64,000 nt of DNA from NCBI GenBank assembly GCA_002633005.1, contig NMRA01000488.1, positions 232,878-296,877 on the forward strand, read 5' to 3'. Position numbers and translations under genes: made by a program. Of the stretch, positions 38,515-50,413 are shown one piece after another; positions within the stretch are counted from its first letter, which is position 1; each line of letters begins with the position of its first letter. Under the pieces are notes generated by a model that made no database searches, was not told the origin of the DNA, and was given only the letters and a program-made list of their open reading frames with translations. The DNA comes from Phoronis australis. Taxonomy: Eukaryota; Animalia; Phoronida.

Positions 38515-39050
38515 NNNNNNNNNNNNNNNNNNNNNNNNNNNNNNNNNNNNNNNNNNNNNNNNNNNNNNNNNNNNNNNNNNNNNNNNNNNNNNNNNNNNNN
38601 NNNNNNNNNNNNNNNNNNNNNNNNNNNNNNNNNNNNNNNNNNNNNNNNNNNNNNNNNNNNNNNNNNNNNNNNNNNNNNNNNNNNNNNNNNNNNNNNNNNN
38701 NNNNNNNNNNNNNNNNNNNNNNNNNNNNNNNNNNNNNNNNNNNNNNNNNNNNNNNNNNNNNNNNNNNNNNNNNNNNNNNNNNNNNNNNNNNNNNNNNNNN
38801 NNNNNNNNNNNNNNNNNNNNNNNNNNNNNNNNNNNNNNNNNNNNNNNNNNNNNNNNNNNNNNNNNNNNNNNNNNNNNNNNNNNNNNNNNNNNNNNNNNNN
38901 NNNNNNNNNNNNNNNNNNNNNNNNNNNNNNNNNNNNNNNNNNNNNNNNNNNNNNNNNNNNNNNNNNNNNNNNNNNNNNNNNNNNNNNNNNNNNNNNNNNN
39001 NNNNNNNNNNNNNNNNNNNNNNNNNNNNNNNNNNNNNNNNNNNNNNNNNN
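38515..39050. other. Assembly gap (536 N)
   Basis: Run of N. It probably hides ATP6V0B exons 1-2. Confidence 0.99.
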
Positions 39051-39157
39051 TAAGGTCGTGGAAAAATGTACAAGAGACTCACTTGTCTTGTGCAATATGA
39101 ATGATGCAAACATACACGTGTCCGCCCATTCCTTGACTTCTTCATTTGTCATTCCAG

Positions 39158-41889
39158 GTTCCTGACCAACGTGTCACCCTACATGTGGGCATCTCTAGGA
39201 GTTGGTTTATCAATCTCACTGTCTGTCGTCGGGGCTGCCTGGTACGTTAACTACTCCACCTACAGGGAATAAATGGGGTTGTGGTCCTTGTGTAATCAAG
39301 TTCACAAAAATAAGTCGATTTCAATTTCTGGACATTGGTATTAATTATATATGTTAATAAGGCTGTGTAGAAAATGCTGAGTAGATGGTACCATACACAC
39401 ATTCTATACAATTTTTACAGGATATTTTTATGATCAAGTTTAACCATTGTTTGTTGTAATTTATTGTTTCAAAGATGAATTGTAGTGAGATTTAGTGTTC
39501 ATCTGAGCATACAATTTGAATGTAGAAACAACCCACGTTGTCACACAATCCATGTCTCTTACAGTCAGTCTGACTGGACTGCGGTGTTATGAAATACAAC
39601 ATTACCCGTGACTTTAGGAAAGTGAATGTCAGCTTTAGGTACTATGCACCCTGCTTTTTGAATTGTTTGCTCTTTCCTGCTTTCGTGACCAAAATCTTTT
39701 ACGTAACGCGATTCATTTCGTGTTCTTCTCAAACTTAGCGGATTTTATCCGTGGCTGCTAAGCACAACATAAGGGTGTTAGAAGTAAATATTGGTGTTGC
39801 GTTAGTGTCTGCTGGTTGTTCAGTGTTGAGTCTATTAGTGACTAGTAATTTGTAAACATGTGGAGTAATTTGCCTTGTCTCGTATTACAGGGGTATCTTC
39901 TTGACAGGAGCCAGTATTCTTGGTGGCGGTGTTAAAGCGCCAAGGATAAAGACAAAAAACTTGATCAGCATCATTTTCTGTGAAGCCGTTGCCATCTATG
40001 GCATCATCATAGCTATCGTAACATCAAATCTCATCGAGGTGAGATAGTGGAGCAATGTTGAATTAAGCGTTAAAGAAAATGTTGTCTGAATTGTCACATA
40101 TCATGAGTTAAAAGTCACAAACCATCTGAAGTCACATAATGTTTGGAGCCATGTCGCTGTACCTCCTTATGTTCAACTTATATCCTGGTACGCTAACAGC
40201 CAGCTTGCTGTGATGAATCACTGAATTATAGCAATGTGAGAATGTCACTTTAGCATTGAGTAATTTTGTGTAAAAACTGGTTGTTACGGATACACTTAGT
40301 TTAGCGCACGTTAAAATACAACCGTTTCGGGCTGGATTATGTGAAAACTTCGTGCTGTCAATAAGTGACTTTGTTGCGTTTAGTCAAGTCTGACATCTTT
40401 GTCTTTTTCAGCCATTCGATGAACAGGCTGCGATAGAGGCGGGTAAAGATGATGTCATTAGAGCTAACTATTTGGCAGGTATAAGCACAAGTCTTTATAG
40501 TTCATTGGGTTTTCATAATTTTATTTGGCATGTATAAGCATGAGTCTTTATAGTTCATTGGGGTTTTCACAATTTTATTTGGCAGTTGGCACGAGTCTTT
40601 ATAGTTCATGGGGTTTTCACAATTTTATTTGATTCGTCCTTCCATTTTCTGTTTAAATGTGCAATTAACAACATCTCTGGTTATATGTGTTCCTTCCTCC
40701 CAATTGTCAGTGTATCATTTCTTTGTTAAAATCCCACGAAACCATAAATGTTTCAACTCCAGCGTGATGGCTGAAATGAAACTCTTGGAAAAAATCTTGT
40801 ACATTTCTATACACAAATGGCATTTTTGTGTCCTTAAATATCATGATGGTGTTCTGAGAGATGGAGTTTCTTGTGTCAATGAAAGTGAAATTATCTTTGT
40901 ATAATGCTTGTGAATTCTATTTTATATTGTGTTATGTTAAAAAGAGGTTCTGACAGTCTCAACAAGAAAAACGATTTTACAGAAATGAGTTGATGCTCGG
41001 AATCAACTCAATAACTCTGTAGCAGCAGGTGAATGCTCCACCTCCGAGTCAAATGCCACAGTGTAAATAATTGAGTGTTTCAAGCGTAAGCAAGTGGTAA
41101 AGACGAAGATTTCAGCAACTGTCTGTCAGACAACAGGGGGAGTTGGTAATATTGCATTTTTTCAGCCCCAAGAACAATATTGTCCCTTTAAGTAGAGGAG
41201 GATTGAATTCAGTGTTGAAGTCTCCATTTTTGACAAGCTTGGTCGCAACTCAAACATAATGACATGTCGAATATAGTACAAGCCCTGCTATGGTGTCTTG
41301 TGTTACAGCTTACTCTATCTTTGGAGCTGGTCTTACCGTCGGATTCTCCAACCTGTTCAGTGGTATCTGTGTCGGTATAGTTGGCTCTGGGGCTGCCTTG
41401 GCCGACGCCGCCAATCAGACACTGTTTGTGAAAATCCTCATCATAGAAATCTTCGCATCAGCCATAGGCATCTTTGGAGTAATCATTGGTATTTTGCAAG
41501 TAAGTTGGTAATGTGCACATGACACATAGATGCTCACTGCATTTCAACTTCAAAAGCTTTGATTTAACAAAATATGTATGCCACAAATTTTGAGTTTAAA
41601 TTGACGTGTTGTTTTTGGTAATTATATTGTCAAGTGTAATTTAGTGAACATCTCCCATTAACATGTTTGCATTCTAGTTTCTAATTACGATGACTAAATT
41701 CTCAAGGCTATGGTTATTCTATAGTCAAATTTGCTGTTGGGATTGGATGATTTTTTATAAAAGTATTCACATTATTATTGCGTAGCCATGTAACTGAGTA
41801 TGAAAACATTGCAATGTATTAACAGAGTTATGTCTCCTGTATTATTTCAGACTGCTAAAGTAAAGATGGGTGACAAAATACAGACATAA
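39158..41889 (+). CDS. ATP6V0B: V-type proton ATPase 21 kDa proteolipid subunit c'' (5' exons missing, probably in the N gap)
   Basis: Exons 39158-39241 ([28 protein letters not shown]), 39891-40038 ([43 protein letters not shown]), 40412-40478, 41309-41499 ([63 protein letters not shown]) and 41851-41889 ([12 protein letters not shown]). All are GT-AG with matching phases, and the catalytic Glu is in [11 protein letters not shown]. Confidence 0.96.
40469..40631. repeat. ~52-bp tandem repeat x3 overlapping an ATP6V0B splice donor
   Basis: Unit TATTTGGCA.GTATAAGCA..AGTCTTTATAGTTCATTGGGTTTTCA.AATTT. Confidence 0.85.
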
Positions 41890-43469
41890 AGCTGGAGAGA
41901 CTAGGTGCTCGGTGTTACTTATAAAATGTGATGGCAGATAGCTTTCTTTATCGGTTTATGGTGCACCATTTCTGCTATGACAGACCATTGGTGACTAAAA
42001 TGAGAATTGCCTTTTTGGGGCTTTCTGGATATTTTTGAAATTGTGGAAAACTTACAACTACCTACTTTACCGATTTGATCAGGGTTAGACATGTATGTAA
42101 AATAAAATAGTAACCTGTATTTAATATGTGAACCAGATTTGGTGTATAAGATGTCTTTAAGTCAATTAGTCAGTGGTTTTTCGACAGTGCTAAGCATTAA
42201 TCTTGAAAGGAACAGGTTTGACAATTGTCTGTACATAGCGTAACGATAGCACTATGCATAATGAATGATGAATATTAGCACTCGGTATATTAAATGATAT
42301 TGATAGCACTCTTTGGATAGGGCCATAGGTGATGTAGGTCTGCAGATGTGTTCTTAAATTCTCAGTCTGCTTCTGTCATTAAGTCTTATGAGAGTTGCTG
42401 CAAGGTAGTGAAATGTCATTGTTGTGGTAATTTATTGCCAATTTTTTTTACCTGACGGGGTGCTGTGAATTTTGATAACCTGTTTCTTCTCTGTTTTCAG
42501 TGAAGAAAACTGGTTTTAAAAACATGGAACCACTGTCTTAGCTCTACTACAAGACTTGTGTAATTTTAGTTTGTATTCAAAATTTAAATTCAGGAAATGT
42601 GTCGGCCGATCATGCGCACTCCAATTAAAGCCCGTAATTGCCACAGCCAAGCTTGCACCAGCATGGGTCAGTAGCAATAATAATTTTTTAGTCCAGTGAT
42701 ATAGGTTGCGTGACAACTGGCGTCTTTTAACGTGTAACAATTGGGCGAGCACCAAGGGATTCATTCATTCTGTACTGGACCTGTAATTGTGTAGTATTTT
42801 TAAACATTGTGAGCATTCACAAGCCTGCAGAAATTAATGAAAATTTAAAGTAATGGTGAAAAAAATGCACTGGTCTTGAAAATATTTTGTTCCATAGGTA
42901 TTAAATTATTAGAAAATGTTTGTAAATAAAACATTCCGTTGGCGCTGTATATAGTCGCTGCTTGTCTCACGATTTATAGTTCATAATCTTGCACACAGTT
43001 GTGTTAAGTTTACTATCGGGGCTTTTCAATGCCCACAATGGCTGTTTTAAAGTAATTTGAAATGTCAGTTAGCCTAAATATGTGGGATGCCCTCATGTTG
43101 ATTTCTTTAGTTTTGCTTTGGTTTCAGGGAATTCCACTTCTTCAATGAAAGTAAAAGATAATTATTCCACTCACAAATGTTGAGTACAGGGAGAATTCTA
43201 TTTCAAGTTGAATGTTCTTAGTTTTTGTGCAATGGTTTGTATGTGGTGAATGTAAATTATGTTGTATATGTGATAATAAATAGAATGCTCGTATAACACT
43301 AATATTGGTATAATCAAATGTGTTGCCATCAGCACAGACTGCATAGACATAGATTGTCCGTTGCTTTTTACCTGTGACCAGCATAAGTGACAACAGTTGT
43401 CACCTGATAATTGACCCACAAGCTCCACTCCCTTGAGCAATGTCGACAAACATTTTAATAAGTTTTACA

Positions 43470-43590
43470 GGGCAAGGTGTTGTTTGTTGGGTAAAAAGAC
43501 AGCTTGGAAACGAAGGTGTGTCAAGAATGCTGCGTTGTGATTGGTCAGTTAAGCCATCACATAAAATCCTGATGATGGGTCAATTACTGA
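43470..43590 (+). repeat. Interspersed repeat, inverted partner of 45170-45295
   Basis: GTGTTGTTTGT..GGTAAAA...GCTTGGAAA..GTGTCAAGAATG.TG.GTT.TGATTGGTCAGTTAAG...AAAATCCTG..GAT.GGTCAATT is the reverse complement of 45170-45295. Confidence 0.7.
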
Positions 43591-43954
43591 ATCAGGCGGT
43601 GTCGAATGGTAACTAAAGGAGTTGCCAGTCAGCACAGCTAAGTTATATCGTGCTCAGACACGTGGCATTATTGTTGATCTATGTCCATTAAATTCATAAT
43701 AGTGATGCGCACTGTTGACGAGTCTGGTTTAAGGATCGATTGCAGTTTTTATCAAAAGACGAAATGTTGCTCAGTGGCACAAAGATACAGCTAAACATTG
43801 TAAGGTGGCCTGCGAAGTTGTACACAAATTACAAGTACAGGACATTTCCTTGTCAAGTTCTTGATAGCATACTATGTGCTTGCAGGATAATTGCAGATTA
43901 ATTTTAAATGCATACTTATTAAAGTAGCATTTCTCCTTGTTTGGTTGGTTAAGA

Positions 43955-44180
43955 ATCTAAAATTGAATTCCCCTTTTACCCTTATAAAATTGGTCTCTCA
44001 ATAGAGCTTACTGTGACTACTTTTGCTCACAAAAAACATCAAAACCAACGGCAACTCAGCAAAATGCTAAAGGGTTTATTGATTAGCGAACCCAGTAGCA
44101 AGATAGAATCCTACCACTGAAGAATATAGCAGGACCAGTTTTATGAGAATAATAGGACTAATTCAATTTTCATTTTAACA
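43955..44180. mobile_element. MITE family B, diverged copy
   Basis: AAAATTGAATT..CCT...TATAAAATTGGTCT ... GGACCAGTTTTATGAG..AGG..AATTCAATTTT. Confidence 0.5.
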
Positions 44181-44541
44181 ACCATTACAGGGCAAAATGG
44201 AGATTTAAAAAGTTTGAATCGGAAAAATAAAGCGAAACAATTGTGTAGATGTAATGTTAATGTATTGGAAGTTCTATTCACAATTACAGAGCACAATACA
44301 TCTCACAATGTCGTTTGTAAATGCAGACTTTGTACTCGACTAACATCCATTTTCCAGACAGTATTTACATATAGTTGAAATATTCGGCAACATGCCTTCA
44401 GCAATGTCCAAGTCTAGCACAAGAGGCTACACTCATTTCTCACTATCTTCCCACACATCGGCAGCAAAATGATACTTGGGATGACAGCCTGTATCATACA
44501 GTTCCACCAACAATGTCCAACTTAATTTTAGACTACAGTGA

Positions 44542-47500
44542 TCAGTCTGTCGTCTTGAAGTGATCTTCATCAACTGTGGAATAAATGTGACCTTCACTGC
44601 TCAGAAATTCCACGGCATCTCTGCAATGGAAAATAGAACGTGTCATCATTAATGATGTAGACTGCCTTGGGCCAAATTTGGCTTCTTAATATCACATTTC
44701 AGAGATTGCAGAACAGGGTCTGGTCTCCAGCCCATGATTAAAACTTAAAACTGAAGATTAAATTTCTCAAATTTAAGTAAAAACTCATAACAGTAACACT
44801 ATTAAACTAAATAATTCGGGTCTAATTTCCCTGTCATCAAAGACGTGCATTACCTGACTGCCTTCTCTGGTAGCCCACGCAGCTGTGAGCAGATCTGTTG
44901 TATAGTAATGCCCTGCATCTCCTGACAACTTCGGATCAGGGCGTGCACCTGAAATTAGCAAGAAAATGATACACACTGGACATATTTCACCATAATACTT
45001 GACACACAATCATTTCCACCATCTTTAAACCATCCTTATATGCAATCAATACCACAATCAGAAACTGGCTTTACCAAAAGCACATGTCACAAGTGCATAC
45101 ACTACATGCCAAAAGATAAACATTGAAACTGACCCAGAATTCCCTGTCACGACAGGGAGCAGAATACTGTCCAATTGACCTATCGCCAGGATTTTGACTG
45201 ACCACTTAACTGACCAATCAGAACACAACATTCTTGACACACCATTGTCTGCATTTCCAAGCCGCCATTTTACCTGACAAACAACACGATGTTGGTGACT
45301 TTTCACAAGGGGGCGGAGCTTACGATAGGTCAATTATGTTGGAGTGTACTTCACAAGATGACCAACTTCCCTACAACTTATTCAGCACCACCAACATTAA
45401 AAGCCGTAATTGTGAACTACCCCTCCAACAAAAAACATTATTACTTAAAGCCCTGTCCTTAAGTTGACAGCACCGTACAGCACCAGCTTTGCAAACCAAC
45501 GTTTTGCTGCTTGTTTTGGCAGGTGACCTTTCCTTTGGTTTTTTAATTTGGGTTAGTGCTACAAGCTAGACGTGATAAAACCATGGAGCAAACAAAGTCC
45601 AATGATTGCTTCACCTCCAACACCCTACTATTTACGTTAACATTTGAATTTATGACAAACAAGAAAACTTTGCCAATCCACCATGATAGTGACATACTTT
45701 TAGACCGGCAATGAATACTCCAAGACAAAAACAAAGATTTCCATGAGAAATATTAAGTAAAAATAGAAGAAAAATTCCCTGAAAAATATACAAACCATGG
45801 AAAAACGGAAGGAAATAGTGAACGTTTTTTCAAGAACACTTTTGAGTATGTCTAGAACTATGAAAGATTTCTAAGTATGGACAATGTCACTATCTAACTA
45901 TAAATCCATTTTGAATAACAGGAAAACAAACAAAGCCAATGTAAACTTACCTCCATCTTCAACACAGTATAATACGAACAGATGTAAAGCAGATAAAGTA
46001 CGTCCTTACCTGATCAGAGATGGAGTTTCCGCGAACCGCCGGCTCTTGTCCTGGATAACTGACTGACATATTGTTGTCACCACCAAAAGAGGGCTACAAC
46101 ACAGATTTTAGACAAGAATAATATCTGCTGCACTAGAATCTTTTACGCTCATTTAAGAAACAATTTTTGGACTGTGGTGGAGTGCATTTCCTATATCACA
46201 GTGCATTTACTTATCTTAATACTGAAATTTTCACGCTACTATGTCTGCAAGTCATAGTCAATACACAGAACCTAATTTGAACATAACTGTCCTTTTGGTC
46301 GCTCTGTTTATCGCATCCGTACTCAGTACTGAGCCTTCACTTATATAGCTGCGAATCTCCTGCAAACTCCAATATTTTCCCAGAAACCTTTGCGCAAAAC
46401 AAAATGGTGAAATTAACAAAGAGGTCTGTCTACATCTTCCACACCATTACCATTTTTCTATAAACTGAACCTTGGATTTCAAAATTGCTGTAAAAAATAT
46501 TAACAAGACAGAAAGAATGCTATGATACTGCATCCAATGATGATCAGCAAATTGTTAGCTTTTCGAGTAGCAATGGTTTTCCATTTTTAAAGGGCAGTTG
46601 GCACTTGGCACAGAATCACCTACCCTGCCTTCCAGGCGCCTTTTTAAAAACGCTCCAGTTTTCACAACTTCTAATAAATGTGTTGTTAACTCATTCATAT
46701 CTTCAACAGGTTGCATTCTGAACGCTACCAAACTCGTCTTGCCACCAAACGCTCTCACATGACCAAAAACGCGGACATATGTGTTGACTATCATCATAGG
46801 TGTCCTCTCGCTTTGGTTCTCCTGAAAAACGGAACACGCATTAAGTCCTCGTTGACTCGTCAAACACTTTTGACACAACGCAACCAATATAGTGCAGTGT
46901 ATTCAGTGACTGGTCCTTTTCATGATTACATATTGGTTTGTCCACATATTATTATCAATTATAAAGAACTTAGATACAAGGAATAAGCACGTACATCAAA
47001 TACCGATAACTACACAGCAGATAACAATTGAGACAAATTTATTGCTGAAAGAAAAGATACACATTGTGTACGTCAAAAAAAATAACAAGCGCTACCAAAG
47101 AAAATCATAACTATATCATGGAGGAGAATTTATAATTGACTCTCCAGGCACAGACATTGCTTCTCGTAATATTTCAAGAAAATAAAGTCAATGAGTCCCT
47201 ACATCAACTGTTTCCTCAAGAAGGAAAACACAACTTAGGATATTGGCGGTTTTTCAATAGTACCATTGTCACAAACAAAGTCTTTTAAAACTACATAATA
47301 AAACCATTAGTTGACCCTCAATGCTTTTGTGTATACAGATTAAAGCTACATTATGGTTTGTTTAGCCGGCTAACAAAATGAAAATCATTGTTCTTTTACA
47401 CGATGCGGTTCTATTAATATTATGATCATTGAAACCATCAAGACTAAAGAAAACATTTCAGAGTTTGTTGGGGAAGGGCCACTCTGAAGTTACAAATTAA

Positions 47501-50375
47501 ACTCAAAAATGATTCATGTGCAAATTAGATGTGACAAATTGGTAATGGAAGTAGAATTCTATCACAGTGAGTGATACTATGAGGTTGACTTTATGAGAGA
47601 AAGTGCCTGAATCGATTTTCGTTATTTTAACCAGATAAACAAGGAAAATTCATCTATTAATCGTTCTGTGCATTTTAATCTACACAAACCCAAACTGTTA
47701 CTTCTGATGACTGTAACTTAACGCATGTTCCACACTATCATCAATACTTACATCATTGTCAATAAACTGCCTGACCTGCATGACCACGCCCGTCCTATCA
47801 TCCAACTCATAGTCGTACCGAGTCTCCACCTCTTTGGCAGAAACAACCCGTCCAACAACGGTTACCTGTTGATACCATAATTTAAAAAATACACACAATA
47901 AATTCAGTTTTAAAGTAAATGAAAACGAATTTATTCAACTTGATCATCCAAAAACGACAAAAACAGTTATAAAAATGGCAAGCTTATGATGTCATTAAAA
48001 GGTATGTAATCACTGCATACATTCAACAAATATGGGCAATAAACGAATGACTAGATAAGAGTTGGGAGCTAGCAGTAATCAACAGATAAAATATTCTGCT
48101 TGACAATGATTCCGAAAGTTCATCCCATTTAATATCTAGTACTTTCATTTTAAAACAAATGACCTTAGTTTTCATAGCTATGACCCACAAATGACCTTAG
48201 TTTTCATGGCTATGATCCACAAATGACCTTAGTTTTCATGGCTATGCCCTTTATGTTCAGTCATCCTTCTGGTACTTTTTGGTAAACATATACAAGACTG
48301 CCTTTCATTCCACCTTGCAAATTACACCCACCCAATGCTCTGCATTTTACCATAAGCGAACAAAATCTCAACTCCTCAAGCCATGCACAAAATATGATAA
48401 GATGAAATTAATTGTTTATCAATACATTAATCTCAATATGACATGGATATTATGTTGCAAACATTTTAAGTCTTGCCAGCACGCCATCTGTTATCTGTTT
48501 GCCACATCACAGACTTATATTCATTAGGTCAAGTAATGTGGCCAGCAGATGGCGTGCTGGCAAGACTTAAAATGCTTCGAGCATGAAGTTAATTATCTTG
48601 NTGATGTCATTAAAAGGTATGTAATCACTGCATACATTCACCAAATATGGGCAATAAACGAATGACTAGATAAGAGTTGGGAGCTAGCAGTAATCAACAG
48701 ATAAAATATTCTGCTTGACAATGATTCTGAAAGTTCATCCCATTTAATATCTAGTACTTTCATTTTAAAACAAATGACCTTAGTTTTCATAGCTATGACC
48801 CACAAATGACCTTAGTTTTCATGGCTATGATTCACAAATGACCTTAGTTTTCATGGCTATGCCCTTTATGTTCAGTCATCCTTCTGGTACTTTTTGGTAA
48901 ACATATACAAGACTGCCTTTCATTCCACCTTGCAAATTACACCCACCCAATGCTCTGCATTTTACCATAAGCGAACAAAATCTCAACTCCTCAAGCCATG
49001 CACAAAATATGATAAGATGAAATTAATTGTTTATCAATACATTAATCTCAATATGACATGGATATTATGTTGCAAACATTTTAAGTCTTGCCAGCACGCC
49101 ATCTGTTATCTGTTTGCCACATCACAGACTTATATTCATTAGGTCAAGTAATGTGGCCAGCAGATGGCGTGCTGGCAAGACTTAAAATGCTTCGAGCATG
49201 AAGTTAATTATCTTGTAATTCAAGAATTTAAATATAATTGTTGATCTGTGCCACCTTCAATGAAGAGTCATACCTGATTGATCTCAGTTCCATGCAGCGA
49301 GAAAGTGTCTCCGTCGTTCTCTGCTGTGGTCAGCTGCGCCAGTGTGCAGGGTATAAGGTTCTGTACACGCCGTGCCTAGGGTGACAGACAAATCAAAATC
49401 ATCCCTGGAAATTGTTCTCAACAGAAATGACAAGCGCAGTGGTTGATCAATTCCCCCACAAAATAACTGGAGCTTTAGACTTCTTTCAATATCACAATGG
49501 GCATCTTCAACATACCTGTGTTTGAGGTTTCTTGGCAACAGCCACTTACAGGAGTCCCAAAGTTTTAGAACCATTTTGACGCCTGTTATTTTGTGGAGAA
49601 GACTGATTCTCAAAATACAAGACCCTTGCAATTGACAGTTGTAGGTTTCTTAAAGTGAGATTGCACATGTACATCCCCTGAACTTCCAAACTTGTTTGGG
49701 ACAGACCCTTGCATGTCTTTGGTTTCTTTTAACGTTGTCAGAAGCCCAACGTGAAGTTCTGGAGACAAAAATTAATTTTCCATCATTCTACAGTGTCCAG
49801 GGTGGGGTACATCAGCAGTATTCTTGATATGTTTCAAAGTCTGATTGATGTCATCTCTGTGAAGTGCAGAGGATCAGACATACGAGTGACTACCACAGAA
49901 CATTGCAGTACAACCATAGCACTTTGCCAACAAACTGTTATCTACCCCACCTTAGATAACTCTTTGTCTACAAGTTATAACACAGAAATTATCAGTAGTT
50001 TCATACTGATAGTGTGGGATGAAAAATTATAATAACGTATCTCTCCCATTTTTACATATTAAATCAATCACACAGTGACAGTAGTCATCTACGACAAATT
50101 CACTACACTTCCTCGCAAGGTCACTGACAAATCAAAATATGACCAGTCACACACACACAGTTAGTTTAAATGGCATGACATACCCCTTGTTTTTGAGACT
50201 GTTCACCTTGAGTAGACACGAATCCTCCAGGGGAGCTAAATCCGCCACTAACATTGCCTAAAATTAAACACACAACAGACGTTAAGAAAAACATTTTGCA
50301 AACACTAGGCACCTACTACTGGATATGCCAAACGTGTCAAACTAGCTTCACACTATGGCATAGGCCACATTGTAG

Positions 50376-50413
<38 letters not shown>

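Larger units (their letters stand above)
47987..49215. repeat. 615-bp direct duplication around a single N (48601); probable contig-overlap artefact
   Basis: 47987-48600 is almost identical to 48602-49215, and the same 82-aa ORF is called twice. Confidence 0.9.

Noticed and set aside
38424-39152. The three longest ORFs (209-222 aa)
   Set aside because: They are made almost entirely of N-gap codons.
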